A DNA stretch of 64,000 bases from Lama glama (GCA_028534125.1 CM052817.1:22942001-23006000); one strand, 5' to 3'. Shown: positions 1 through 13,720, counted from the stretch's first letter. Numbers and translations: made by a program. Notes: generated by a model from the sequence alone, not told the origin.

Positions 1-1112
1 TAGGGTTAATTTTTGTATATGGTGTGAAGCATGAGTTCGACTTCATTCTCTTGCATGTGGATATTCAGTTCTCCAAGAACCATTTGTTGAAAATACTATT
101 CTCAATCACCAAACTGTCTTGGCACATTCATAGACAATCATTTGTATGTAAATACAAGGGCTTTTATTCCATCAATTTTATTCCACTACTGTATTATGTC
201 TATTTAATGAAATTTTCCAATCCATGAACATGGTACCTCTTTCCATTTATATATTTATGTATTTATATATATTATATATATATATAAAGTCTTTAATTTC
301 TTTCAACGATGTGTTAGTTTTCAGTATAAAAGTCTTGTGCTTCTTTCGTTACATTTATTCCTAAGAAGTTCATCCTTTGCTATATAAATATAATTATTTA
401 ATTTCAATTTTGATCACTCATTGCTAGTGTAAAAAAGGGCAAATGAATTTTGTATACTGATATTTTATCCCACAATCATATTGAGCTTGTTTATTAGCTC
501 TAATAGCCTTTTGTGGATTCCTAAACATTTGTTACAACAAAGGCCATGTTATCTGAAAGTATAGCTTTATTTCTTCCTTGGAAATCTGAATATCTTTCAT
601 TTATTTTTCTTGCTTTATTTCCTTACCTAGAACTTTCAATACAATGTTGAATACAAGTGGTGAAAACAGACATTCTTGTCTTGTTCCTGATCTTTCAGAG
701 AAAAATCTGTCTTTCACCATTGAATATGTTAGTTGAGGGTTTTTCATGGATGATGTCTATTAGATTGAGAAAGTTCCCTTATATTTTCAGTTTGTTGACT
801 GTTTTACCATGTAAGGTGTTGAATTTTGTCAAATCCTTTTTCTGTATTAAATGATCACATGTTTTATTATTTATTTTATTAATATGGTATACTCGATAAA
901 TTTACTTTGTGACAAATTTACCTTGTGTTGTTGGCAAAAATCCTACTGGTTATGATGCATAATCCTTTTTATATGTTACTAGTTTGCCAAAATTTGGCTG
1001 ACAATTTTGAACCTGTGTCATAAGGGATATCTGACTGAAGCTGTCTTATCCTGTGATGTCTTTGTTTAATTTTCTTAGTAATATTGGTCTCATAGAATGA
1101 GTTAGGAAGTGT
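1..1112 (-). mobile_element. Decayed LINE-1 (L1M) ORF2 fragment, RT/C-terminal part
   Basis: Typical antisense L1 ORF2 text, e.g. 'ttgcatgtggatattcagttctccaagaaccatttgttgaaaa', 'caatacaatgttgaatacaagtggtgaaaacagacattcttgtcttgttcctgatc', 'ctcatagaatgagttaggaagtgttc'; no intact reading frame. Confidence 0.9.
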
Positions 1113-1129
1113 TCATGCTGGATTGGTGA

Positions 1130-1480
1130 TATTATTATAAAATTTCTTTGTCCTAGTAATAATTTTGTCTTATTGCTTACTTTTCTGATATTAGTCTAGA
1201 CACTCCAGCTGTTTTTACTTTTTATTTACTTGGTATATCTTTTCCCATTCTTTTACTTTCAACCTATTTGTGATTAACAATCTAAAGCCTATCTCTTTTA
1301 GGTAACATAGAGTTGGATAATAATTTTTATCCACTCTACCAATTTCTTCCATTTGATTGGAATGCATAATATATTCTTATTTCATGTAATTACTATTAAG
1401 TTATGATTCATATCTGACATTGTGTTTTTTTTTAATATGTCATTTTTTTGTTCTCCTCTCTTCCTGCATCACTGCATCAT
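1130..1480 (-). mobile_element. Decayed LINE-1 fragment, ORF2 endonuclease start
   Basis: 'ttttctgatattagtctagacactccagct...cccattcttttactttcaacctatttgtg' matches the antisense of the L1 ORF2 5' (endonuclease) region. Confidence 0.8.
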
Positions 1481-4109
1481 ATTTTATCAAATAAATATAT
1501 CCTATTATACTATGAAGAAGGCTCTGAAGCAAAAATCAAACTCTAATTTTAATTTCAGGGCCCAGTCCCCTTTAAGTCTCATCACAACACTCATACATGA
1601 CTCACTGGAATTCTGCAAATACATACAACTTGTACTATTTTTCTAGGTTTTTTTTGTATTGTTTTAATAGTAACAAAGGATCTTCTCTTGCTAACTGTAT
1701 TCTGGAGATTTTTATTTTCACCCAGCTTTATTAAGTTTCAGTAAGCATATTTTCCCCTCAAGTTTGGGAAATACATTTGGTAAAATGTTTGCTTAAGTAC
1801 TATTAGTTATAATTTTATGATGAAATTATACATATAATACAAGACTCTGGACTTTATACTGAAATAGTTATCACCTCACCCTTCTTCTGACTCTCCAAAC
1901 CTGCTTAGATTTTAAGAGCTAGTAATCTATTTTTGATACTTTGTTTTATAGTATAGACTATTCTATCAAACAAATAAATTATTAATTTATTTATGATAAA
2001 ATCATATCAAATTATATCCATCAAAACTACTAAAGCAATAATTTGTGACTTCAGAGTCACACATTATATTATTGTTATTGATATATTTCATCAATTAGAG
2101 TACAAAGAACTTATACCACATTCACATGTGAGAATGCTTTATTTTTCTTTCCCCAGAAAAGAGTAATACTTTTCAATTCTTACATAATCATTAGCAAAAA
2201 GTCTTATTTTTTTTACATTTTTATTATTTATGAGTTTAAATATTTAAACATTTTAATGGAAAATGCCCATCTATATTTAAAATACATTTAAACATACTTT
2301 TTGTATTTTAACAAACTCAGAAGGTTAATATTTATTATATTAAAAAAGTAAGATTTTTATATGTGTTACAGATATTTATGATTTGGATTTTATATTTCTT
2401 TTTACTCATCTTTCTGTTAAAATTGATTAATGCTGTGGGTTTATGATTTGATTTTCTTTATGGTTCCTGCATTTCACTTTATTATTAGGATCACTTATCC
2501 TATCTTAATATTTTTTTAAGTTGTATATAATCATTTTAATTTTTTCATGCATGCATTCTATGATACACATTTTATAACTTTTTATCATTAGTACAAGATA
2601 TGAGATCATTATTTTTTCCAAACATTTTATCAACATATGTTTCCTATTCTCTTGATTGAATTTTCCTTTTTTCTTGGAACAAAATCCCTACTCTTTCAAG
2701 GATAATTTTCTTAACTCATCATGCCACTATATAAGGAAGCCCTTAATTATCATAAGCCATTTTTAAATGTGACTCTGAAATGCCTACATCAAAGAATATA
2801 TGCTGTCACTTTTCTGGTATAATAATAGAACCTGAACGTCTTTATTTCTTGTTCAGTAGAACAATCATATGAGTCCATGCTGGAAGCCAAAACATCATCC
2901 TAATAAGATTGTAATAGTAAAATTTACTTGATAATTGATGCTATGCGTATTTTAATGGCCTGGAATCACACGAAAATATGTAACATTTTAATTACAATGT
3001 TATAAGTACTCTATCATATGTAGTGCTGCTATATGAACTTAGTAACTTACTATTCTGCTTTACAAAAACTTACTGTTCCTCCATATGACTCACAGTTCAA
3101 AGAAAAAGAGAAAATTATGCAATGTGTTTTAAACTGCAATGGATTTTTCTACACTGTTTGCACAGCTTTCTTTTTCAGCCTTGTTTTCTTCCTTAAAATC
3201 GCCATGCTAATACTTTTAAAGAGGACTTTAGAAGATAGAAAAACTAGGAATAAGATAAGTGTACAGAAGCTGAAAAATAGAAAAAACATGCTAACCTCTG
3301 GGGCATCCAATTATTTTCACTGTGGGATAACCTCTTGGCATTCATCTGTAGACCCTTCAAAACAGTGTTTTATACTGCATAGTTCTAAAATGAGTGCTTT
3401 TAATTTTTTCAGTTTATGAAGTAGTGAGAATAAGGAGAGCATATGGCCTCAAATAAACTTTATCCTTTCACAATCTGCAGAATAAACTGCCACTGGGAAA
3501 TATTTTCTGCTTTGTAATAACTGATTTTTTTTTCTTACCTACCCTAAGTGTAAGTGAAGTTTTATTGTAAAGCTTCTTGATACTAAATAATGTATCATTT
3601 AGCATCATGTTTAATAAAGTATAAAAACCTATATTAATCTTGATGCTTCATTTGGTTCAGATAAAAGGCAGGTTATTTCAGCAGGAGAATTTTTTTTATT
3701 TCTAAAGACCACAAGTGAACAATGATCCTAGAAGTTACATATATCACACTTCTCCTACAGCTGCAACTTGGTTTTTAGATATGAAATGTTCAAAAAATAA
3801 GCCAAAAGACACTCACTAGCAAAATCTATACAGGTTTACAAAGACAAACTGTAATATTAGGGCAATTGCTTTATACTTATTGAAAAAGAGAATAAAGACA
3901 TGCATTGGCACTCTGACAATTTTAATTTAGATATTAATTAGTATTTGCATATAATCTCAAACATTTTTAGAGAAATAGTCCACGCATTTTTTAAAATCAT
4001 TGCTGTTTAGAGCTCCTAGCACTATTTCCACAATGAGTACTGCCTTCTGAAAACAATCTTGTTTTAGTTTCTAGGGGGCTATACTTTTGGTTTTCGTCTT
4101 TGCTTTCAT

Positions 4110-4490
4110 ACCCCAACTCACTTGGCCTTGCATTTTCAACCTCTAATGACCTCTGATCCTTGTGGTTCAGTTTTGAGCATTCTTTTGTACTCTCAGTAGT
4201 CTCATAATGAATTGATGTTTATAACTCTCAAATGCATGACTTCAAATTATATTTATCCTCAGTCTCATGTTTACATATTAAGCTTCTTTAATTAAAGATC
4301 TTCACTTATATATATCCAAGATATGCACAAACTGTACTGCTGATCTATGTACATTCATATGCTTGTAGCTGTCATCTTAGTAAATTTCACCTTTATATTC
4401 GCATTAGCCAGAAACCTAAAATTTGTCTCTCCCTTTCCTTCTCCCTCTCCTTGACTACCACACATCCCAGTCTTAAATGTTCTGATTTTA
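4110..4490 (+). mobile_element. LINE-2 fragment
   Basis: L2-like phrases 'tgacttcaaattatattt', 'catcttagtaaat...cacc', 'agccagaaacct', 'ccacacatcccagtc'; highly diverged. Confidence 0.5.
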
Positions 4491-4519
4491 ATTTTCCTAT
4501 CCAAAAATTTTTAGAGTAT

Positions 4520-5228
4520 GTGGAAGAGGCTAGTTGCTCATCAATTTTGTTCTCTAAGTTGGTAGGAAAACTAGATTCCTCAGCTTCCTTTACAAATGGG
4601 AGGTCTGTTTAACTGATACCTGCTCATGGCATGTGGGATAAAATGATGCATCTCACTTCTAGACATGGCCATATAACATCCTACCAGATATCAATGCCTC
4701 CACTTCTTTGCTGGCTGGGCAAAGGGAAAGAACCTGGTAGAAAATTTTAGGAGACTCAGGAGAGTCCCCTAGAAGCCAAAACAAGATGGTTTTTAGAAGG
4801 CAGTACTCATTGTGCAAATAATGCTAAAAAAAAATCAGAGAATTTTCTGTAGTGAAGGAAAGATTCTGTATCTGTCCTGTCCAATACACTCACCACTAGC
4901 CACATACAGCTACTGACACTTGGAATGCAGCCAGGCGGACTGAGGACTGAAGAACTGGTTTTTACATTAAAATTTTTTAATTAATTTAAATTCAGTTTAA
5001 ATAGTTATACAAGGCTAATGACTACTGTAGTAGACAACATAGCTTTAGAGGATGGTGGGCCACAGGATGTTAAAAACATAAATCCGTTAGCCATCACTTA
5101 AAGGAGAGTTCTCCATGAGAGCTACCCTAACCATATTAGTACACTAACAAGAAACAGAACTTGATTATATTAAGCCACTGAGACTATAAGGCTGTCTATT
5201 ACTGCAGCTAGCATTAATTTACTGACAC
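4520..5228 (+). mobile_element. MaLR MLT1-type LTR (MLT1G/H/J-like), interrupted by MER3
   Basis: MLT1 motif 'tcctcagcttcctttacaaat' and 3' end 'ttaagccactgagactataaggctgtctattactgcagc...actgacaca'. Confidence 0.75.
4800..5042 (+). mobile_element. MER3 hAT-Charlie MITE nested in the MLT1 LTR
   Basis: 'ctgtccaatacactcaccactagccacatacagctactgacacttggaatg...ttaattaatttaaatt...gactactgtagtagacaaca' closely follows the MER3 consensus. Confidence 0.85.
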
Positions 5229-5700
5229 AGGAAATCCACTTTTAAAAAGGGGTATAATTGTGATCAAAATATAAATGTAGAGCTCCAGCTTAGCGGTTGG
5301 ACTGGGGCGGAGGAGGCAAGGGAACCAATATAGCAGGCTAGAAGGCTAGATAACCAGATTATGCAGTGGCAAAACAGTAAATCCCTACCTGTAATTCTTA
5401 AGACAGAGAACACTGGTCTCTAGAGGAGCTAACTCTGCGGAAGGTGGTTAGAAATAATCAGAGCATTGATATCAATGTTGGCTGTTACTGGCTCTTTTTA
5501 GCATGGTGTTCCAAGAAGGAGATAAAAACTGTCAGTTTACAAGCACGGATGAAAGGAAATTCAGATAGAGCCAATGTTGAAACTTGAAGGGCTTAAATGC
5601 ATACTGTTTCTTTACTCCAAAGAATATGGTATGCTATATTAAAATACTTTGAAAGGCTCTTACTGCAAGGCATGACAGAGAAGTTTGTTTAGACTAATTC
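5229..5700 (+). mobile_element. MLT1 internal (MaLR-int) 5' remnant
   Basis: Directly follows the LTR end; resembles the MLT-int start ('ggaaat...aaaaagggggtataattgtgatcaaaa...gttatgcagtggcaaaac'-like). Confidence 0.6.
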
Positions 5701-5709
5701 TTTCGGTAG

Positions 5710-6660
5710 TAATAGTCCTTAAAACCTAGAACAATAAACAAAGCAAAACATGTGTTTGAAGTCACTGGAGAATATTCAGCAGTCAAGATTTGAATGGCTA
5801 GGACTCTGGGGAAAGGTGATACATTGAGATAAACCCCACACTCACCACCGCTATTCCATTCAGGCTGTTTGCTAATTTGTAAGACTGAAGGCACGGTAAT
5901 CAACAGAGGCTTAGAGCTCTAGAGCTCACAGCAATATCACCTGCGACTAGAGAGACAAAAATTTGAGGTGAAGACTACTAAAATTACCTGAATTGAGGGC
6001 CTGTGGACCTGGAGAATAGGGAACTGCAGAAAAACATTAGTCTACCACCTGTGAGTAGTTTCTCTTTGGGGCATTAATCAATTTAAATCTGCACATGTGT
6101 AAACTTAAGAGACTGAAAAAAAAATCAAGCAAAAGGCAATGGCGAAGAGGCTAAAAAGTCAAATATACATTTCAGTATTTGCAAGTAATAGGGAGATTAA
6201 AATTGGAGTAAGAATACCACCAAAAAACATAGATTCCCCAGAATTCCAGCTGAGATCCTTAAAGAACTATATCCTTATAAGTGAAAACTAGTTTAATTAC
6301 ACGGTACCTACATCACAGTCTGTTTTCTTTGATTGGATCAAATTAAACTGCCATACACTAAATTTCTGACTGAAGAAAAATCTGTCCTTTGTGGAAAAAG
6401 TAACATTTTTCAGAGTATTTGGTGACTTTAACACATTGACATTAAATAAGCAATTGCCATGAACATCAGAGACAAGAAAAAATAACCAAAAGCTGAGAGA
6501 GAAAAATAGAAATAAACCATCAGATGATCCCAATTTGAAGATAATCAAACATGGGCACGAAAATAACTGTATTAGGCATAAGGACAATATGTAAAAGAAG
6601 CACTTTTCACCAAATACTGGATTGAAAAAAATAAAATGGAAAATACAGAACTGAATATCT
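5710..6660 (+). mobile_element. Old L1M 5' UTR and ORF1 start remnant
   Basis: A-rich sense L1 5'-end style; ORF1-start-like 'gagacaagaaaaaataacc...cagatgatccc...aaaatggaaaatacagaactgaa'. Confidence 0.6.
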
Positions 6661-6759
6661 GTTCTACTTATTTTCCTTTTCAATTTAATGTTTACTTTCA
6701 CATATTAGAAATACTATTTTCAAAAATCAATCAAGCATATGTTTAATAAATGTTCTTTT

Positions 6760-9050
6760 CCACTTCTGGTAATAATAGTTGAAGACTGTATCAGAAGACA
6801 CTCCTATAAAAAATAACTCAACCCATCCAAATAAATTGGAGAAAGAACAGAAGTATACGACTCCAGTGGGGAGTATATATCTGGAGGAATTGAGGAAGGC
6901 CACAAAAAGTAACTTCCCCCATTATGCATCTTAATGAGTCCACTGAGTCCACTGGCATGACATTTGCAGAAGCACAAGGGTAACAGTAAGAGAAATGGAC
7001 AAAAAAATAATACTCTCCTTGCTATGAAAACCAAGAAACAAACAAATAAATAAATCTGTGGCTGAAGGAAATTCCGAGTAACAACTAGATCTGTCTGCCT
7101 ATAAATATGATCTTTTAACCACAGCATGTATAAAACAGAATCACAGGACTCAGCTAAAGACAAAGCTACAAATTAAGGGTGGAGCTGTCAGCTAACAATA
7201 AGAGCTTGCACTTCAAGTCTAGAAAAGGTTATTGCCCAATTATACAAAAAAAAAAACAACACTTAAATCAGAGACTACTAACAGATCCACAATATCTGCA
7301 AGTTAATACTCATAAACTTTAGAATATATTCCAAAATTACCTGACATATAAAGAACCAAGATAAAAGAAAAACAAACGTATCTGACCACTGAATAAAACA
7401 CATACTGAAACTACTAGACAAGTGTTTTAAAGTGGCTGTTATAACAATCAGTAACGAAGCAAACAAAAAAGTCAGTTAATTCAAGAAAGTCTATGGAACT
7501 TTAAACAGAAGAACTAAAAAGAAAATAATTAATGAGACATGAGAGAAAAGGAATTCAAGGAGAATTCTAGAACTAGAAAATTCATTATCTGAAATTTTAA
7601 AATTCACTAAAGGGACTTAATGTCTGAATAGAGATGTCAGAAAAATGAGTAAGCGAATTTGAAGATAGAACTATAAAAATCACTCAATTTGAATAACATA
7701 CAGGAAAAATAATGGAAAAATGAACAAAGCCTCAATGTGCATGCTAATGATCTCAGACAGTTAAATGTAGATGTGATGAGAATCCCATGAGAGTTGAGAG
7801 AGAACAGAAATAATGGTTAACAGTTTCCTAAATGTGGTGAAAGCAGAAATTTAGTGATACAAGATGCTCAACAAAAAATAAACATAATAGAAAGAAGCCC
7901 ATGCAAAAGTATATGATAGTAAAGCCAATGTAAGCTAAAGAACAAGTCATGAAAACAGCTATAGAAAAGTGACATAAATAATGTATCATGTACAGAGTTT
8001 GTATGTGCATGTACTGATTAATGTTGAATTCTTATCAAAAACCATGGACTCCCTAAGTGAGTATAGAATCTTTAAAGAACACACAAAAAATATTTTCCCA
8101 GAATTCTAGCAAAAATATCCTTCAGAATGAAGTTTTCAAATAAAGACAATTTCAGATAAATAAAATCTAAAAATAAAAGAATTGGTCACCAACAAACTTA
8201 CCCTACAGATGACACCAAAAGAAATTCTTCAGGCTGAAGAGAAACCATACCAAATAGAATCTTTGACCCTCAGAAAAGAACGAAGTGCATCAGAAATAAT
8301 AAGTATCTAGGTAAATACAAAAGACTAGTTTCTCTTTGCTATCATCTTCTTAAATTCTTTAAAGACCAAATGATCTCTAAAACAAAAGTTGTAACATCAT
8401 CTGGTGGTATTTACATGTGCAGATGAGATCTGTATAACAGTTATAAAGTTCAGTGGGAGGTATCTTAATTTGCAAGTTATTTTATGTAAAGTGGTACAAT
8501 AATAACTATATATATGTAGATTGCAAAGTTAAGGAAATATACTGTCATCATGAAAGAGCTATTATTTCAAGGAAGTATAACTTAAAAGACAACAGAAAAA
8601 TTAAAATAATATTTAAAAGTATTTCAATAATTAAAATCAAAGGGAGTAAGGAAGGAACTTAACAAAGCAAGGTAAGTAAAAACAAATTTAAAAAGTAGAC
8701 AAAAACTCAAGCATGGTAATAATTACACTAAATATTATTGTATTACGCACTGATTTAAAGCCAGATAGTCAGAATCAACAAAAATAGTAAGTTCCAATTC
8801 TCTGCTGTATATAAGAGACTTACTTTGGATACAAAGTCACAGGCTGGAAGAAATTGATGGGAAAAAACATATCATTTGAACTGTAAATGTAAGAAGGCTA
8901 GGATAACTATGTTAATATCATAAAAATAGATCCCAAGACACAAAATATTTTCTGAGTTAAAGGGAAACATTATTGTGATAATAGGGTCAAATCATCAGAA
9001 AGCCATAATGACTATAAATGTGTATACAACCAACAGCAGAGCTTCAAATT
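6760..9050 (+). mobile_element. Old L1 (L1MD/L1ME-like) 5' UTR, ORF1, inter-ORF and ORF2 endonuclease start
   Basis: ORF1 remnants ('aattctagaactagaaaattca', 'gaatttgaagatagaact', 'aaaaatatccttcagaatgaag') and endonuclease remnants ('tgctgtatataagagacttacttt', 'ataaatgtgtatacaaccaacagcagagcttcaaa'); many stops and frameshifts. Confidence 0.85.
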
Positions 9051-9240
9051 ATTATTATTATATAATTATAATTATATGTAAATGCAATTAAATATTACAC
9101 CTATAAAATATTATCAAAATTATATGCTATATCATATGATAAAATTATAAATGACATATCATATGATATAATTATAAAAACATTACATATAAATGTTATT
9201 AATATATAATTTTGCATTATAGTATATAAAATATATAAAT
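9050..9240. repeat. AT-rich low-complexity (TA-rich) tract
   Basis: Near-pure A/T with tata/atat iterations. Confidence 0.85.
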
Positions 9241-9241
9241 G

Positions 9242-9659
9242 TAGGTATCTCCCACATTTTGAAAGTCTGCTTTATGCCATTCCACTTTATTGGAAGACCT
9301 ACATTAGTACCTGCTTTTGCTCACAGAAAGAAATCCAAAGAGGTAAAGCTTTTATGGAGAAATGCAAAAGCAAAAGATTCACTCAGCAGTTTTCCGCTGG
9401 GCAGCTGTAGAGCAGCGTGCACCCAGAGCAGTGAGAGTGGCAGCATCAAGCTCCTTCCCAGGGAACCACACTCAGCATCTCAGCATCAAGCCACCAGAAC
9501 TCTAAACTGTATTTGTGAGCATCTGCACTGTATCTTGATTTATTTTGCACACTTTTAGCAAGATGTGTCCTAAGATAATTGCTTCTTCACTTTTACACCA
9601 TTTACACTTACAAAAGATTTCACAGGAATGCTCTACTTTTGGATAGTGAGGTATATTTG
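9242..9659. mobile_element. TcMar-Tigger-like MITE inserted in the TA tract
   Basis: Imperfect terminal inverted repeats: left 'taggtatctcccacattttgaaagt', right 'acttttggatagtgaggtatatttg', followed by TA; interior is much GC-richer than the flanks. Confidence 0.75.
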
Positions 9660-9714
9660 TATATAAATTATAAATATATAAATATAACATATAAATAATT
9701 ATACTTATATAATA

Positions 9715-11590
9715 ATTACTAAAAAGATCCTATGGAAAAGCTACAGCTAATGTAATATTTTGGTGAAATAATGAATGATTTTTCTTTAAGATAAAGAAAA
9801 GCCAAGATGTCCACTTTTATTATATCTACCTAAAATTGTACTTTAAGTCCTAGCCAGTATAATACAGTACACACATAAATAAATAAAAATATATTAAATA
9901 AAAAAGATGTGGAAGGTCCTTATTTGCTCATTATATGATCATTTATGCAGAAAACTAAGTAATCTACAAAAAGCTATTAGAATAAGTAAATTTAATAAGG
10001 TCACAAACTTTAAGCTCAGTATATAAAACTAAATTATATTTTTAAATATTATTAGTAAGCATTTAGACAATGGAATAAAATTAATTGACAACAGAATCAA
10101 AATTAATACATTTAAAACACTTTTAAAGAAGTTCAAAATCTTCAGACTGAAAACTATAAAATGTTTTTAAGGGAAATCAAAGATCCACACAATATTCATG
10201 GGTTAAAAGACTCAACATTGTTAAGAGGCAATTTACAAAATAATCTATAGATTCCACTCAACATAAATCAAAATCCTAACCAGTATTTCTGAAAAAAATC
10301 AGAAAGCGTATATGTGCAACATAAAGGATCTAAAATAGTCAAGACATTTTGAAAATGAACAAGACTGAAGAACTTACACTACCTAACTTCCAGATGTACC
10401 ATAAAACTACACTAATAAAAACAGCACAGTACCGGTACAATGACAAACAAGTAGAAATGTAACAAATTAATTAGTCTCATACTAAACCCATATTTACAAG
10501 GCCAACGAATTTTCTACAGAAATATCACTTCTAAATCAACCATACATTTAAACAGAACTAAACTTATTAAGCTTCTAGAAGAAAACATAGAAGAAATCTG
10601 ATACTTGATATGAAAATAATTTCTCAAACAGTATAAAAAGCAAACTTTAAAAGTATACAATTAATAACTCAAACATTAAAATTTATTCTTCTTAAAATCT
10701 GAAAAAAATGAAACTATACAAGCCACAGAGAGAACATATTTGCAAAATGATCATGTCTGGAATATATAAAAACATTACATAAAACAAAAATCAAAACTCA
10801 TATTTTAAAAAACTGATAAACTTGAATATTAAGTTTGTAAAAGCAGAAACACAAATGACCAATAAGCACATGAAAAGATGGTCCATATCTCTAGACATCA
10901 GGGAAATGAGAATTAAATAACAAAGTACTCCAACATACTCACTAAAATTGCTAAATTTAAAAAGATCGACACACACAAGCATGAATGAGATGTGGAGTTG
11001 TCATACTGTCCTGGTGGGAACCATCTTTAGCAACTTTAGAACACAGTTATCACAATAATTTATAAAGTTAAATATTCATCTACCTTTCACTTCTTTGAAT
11101 TACTAAGGAGAAATAAAAACAATATATGTCACATACAAAGTCTACACCAATGTTCTCAGTAGTGTTATTGTTAGACAAACGCTAGAAACAACCCAGATGT
11201 CCGCCAACCAGTGATTAGCTAAACTGTGGGCTATTACTTCTACAGAATACAATTAAGTAAATTTAAAAAATAAAACAGTAACACATAAAACAACACTAAA
11301 GAATCTCAAAAGCATTGTCCCAAGTTGAGGTTGAGCAAAAGGACCACATAGTATGTGGTTCGATTTATATGAAATTTTAGGAAAGACAGAGGTGTAGTGA
11401 CAGAAAACAGATCAGTTGTTGTCTTAGGCCAGGGGGTTCGGGAAGTGACTGCAAAAGGGCAGGAGGGACTGTTTTCCAGTGATGGAGCTCTTCCATACCT
11501 TATAGTGGAGACTTATATAATTTAGAAAACTATACACGTAAAATGAGTGAATATTACTGAATATAAATTATACCATACTAAATCTAAATA
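9715..11590 (+). mobile_element. Old L1 ORF2 (RT to C-terminus) and 3' UTR (L1ME/L1MD-like)
   Basis: 'aagtcctagccagt', 'aaagactcaacattgttaag', 'acactacctaacttc', 'ccaataagcacatgaaaagatg'; 3' UTR 'acagaaaacagatcagttgttg...gactgcaaaagggca...aaattatacc'. Confidence 0.9.
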
Positions 11591-11683
11591 TTATCATCTA
11601 TTTGTTAATGTAAGTGGACTCAAATATTTCCACATCCAAACATAAAATCCTGACCAAAGATAGAGATGCTTATCTTATGTAGT

Positions 11684-11780
11684 TCTCTCTCCCTCCCGGT
11701 GTCCCTTCCTTTCTTTCTCTTTCTTTCTCTTTCTCTTTCTTTCCCTCTCTCTCTCTCTCTCTCATACACACACACTCTCT
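11684..11780. repeat. Polypyrimidine/(CT)n-(CA)n microsatellite
   Basis: ttctc and ctct runs followed by cacacac. Confidence 0.9.
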
Positions 11781-13614
11781 GGAATTGTGTAGGAAATACA
11801 TATATTTCACTTCATTTCATTTCATATTAGTGATTCAACAATGGCAACTATCGTTCATTCTTTTTTAAACATGTATTGACAATTTCACTATCATCCTTCA
11901 GACTATATATATACACTAGTATAGAGTAGTATTTTAGGGCTTCTAAGTTAAACAAAATTGTTTTTGATATTAAATTTATTCTGTATCACTGCAAGTTTAT
12001 GTGTCTTTTTTCCAACCTTTTTTTTCAGATGATAGTTTGTCACTTATTAATGTTTACATTACATATTCTTAACAAGTTTCTCATGTACTTTCTCATTCTA
12101 TCTGCACAGCCAGGTAAGAGCCCCACTCATATAAAAGACGGTAAGTTTGGTATTCTGATATCTGTTTATCACCCACAGCACTTTGTTCTGTTCTGATCTG
12201 TTCTAGATGATTACTAAGTTGAACTTGACAGCATCTTGATATCTGGACAGATATTTTCTGAAATTTATTATTAGCATTATCATCAGTAGTAGTGGTAAGT
12301 GTTGGTTTAAGGGTTACTTCATATAAATGAACAGTAATACTATATCTGAAGGAAATATATTCATTTTGTCAGCATGTGCAGTTTTATTTGTTGGCATCAT
12401 AAATTGCCAATGTTTAAAAACTATATATTTTTGAATACAGAATATACATGGTTTTGTCTTAGCCTACATTTGGAATATATTAAAAATAAAGTCACTTTCC
12501 CTTAATGTTACTACTTTTGGAAACAAATTTTTTTTCTTTTACAAGTATTTAATGTTTTATTAGCATCTCTGTAATATTTTAATTACTTTTAATTATTGCT
12601 AATTAAAAGGGCTATTTTAAACTTCAATAATCTATTCAAGAACCTTTAGAAAACTATGGATGAGGGTACTTAGTATATTTATGTATAACTCAAAATGATT
12701 ATTCATTCAATTTGCTTAAATTCATTATGCTTTTTAATATCATCGTATTACTCTGTGCTCAAAGTTTTGATATATGTATGAATGTGACCATAAATTTCAC
12801 TTCAGATTTCACAAGAAAATTTAAATTTAGAAGGCAACACTGACTATTTCCTCCAGTTATTATTTTATTCTAGGAAAGCTTATTATTTATTACTTCCAAA
12901 AAAATGTCTGCAAAAAAGCAAATCTATGACCAACCCAGTAGTCTGCAAATCAAAAATTAACCCACTGGAGTTAATTTTTGAAAAGGTACATGGGGAATTA
13001 CATGTTCAGTAGCTTTTGCTTTTTAAAATATGATTCCCATGCAAAGCTTTGCAAACGTCTCACACGTGGAATCTTTTGCAGTATCTGTCATGTCAGCTCA
13101 TGTTCATCACTTCCTGAGGCCAAAAAGGGAATATAAAACATGTTCCATAGTCTTTCCTAATTAAACACAACAAAGTTCAATAGAAGTAAATTTCTGTTCA
13201 ACAGCTGCCATTTAAAGCAGTTACTTATAAAAAAAACTCAGAGAATGCTTTGTGAACTTAGTGTACTAAACTTACAAATCACAATATATTTATTATTAAT
13301 AAGGAAACTTCACAGTAATGTATTGTGAAGGAGTTCTAAATATAAATAAATTGAATAAAAACTAAAAGTAGAAATCACAAATTATTTATCTTTAGTCTCT
13401 GATTTCTAATTTGCCACCAATGAATCCACTAGACTAGTGTCTGGAAAAGAACAGATGCTCAGATAATTTTTTAAATAAGTGAATAATTACAAGTATAAAC
13501 TGTTTCTTATTGAGAAATCTCTAAATAATTAAAAATTACAGTATAATATACCTTATTACATTTCAAAGCTGTTTTTGTCATACAAAATAGATCTGATACA
13601 GAGAAAGGTACTTA

Positions 13615-13720
13615 AAAGCTCTGTCTCAATTTCGTCATCTACAGTAGATACTAGCGAGTCTACCTCACGTGGTTAGTTTAAAGATTAAATGAACTAATAC
13701 AAACAATATGCTTGCAATTT
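13615..13720 (+). mobile_element. MIR fragment
   Basis: 'ctctgtctcaatttcgtcatctaca...ctacctcacgtggtt...aagattaaatga' matches the MIR core. Confidence 0.7.

Noticed and set aside
5295..5316. GC box (ggggcggag) with CpGs
   Set aside because: Lies inside MaLR internal sequence; no CpG island or other promoter evidence.
6297..7163. Hydrophobic minus-strand ORFs of 134 and 119 aa
   Set aside because: Antisense to A-rich L1 sequence, which yields Phe/Leu-rich spurious ORFs.
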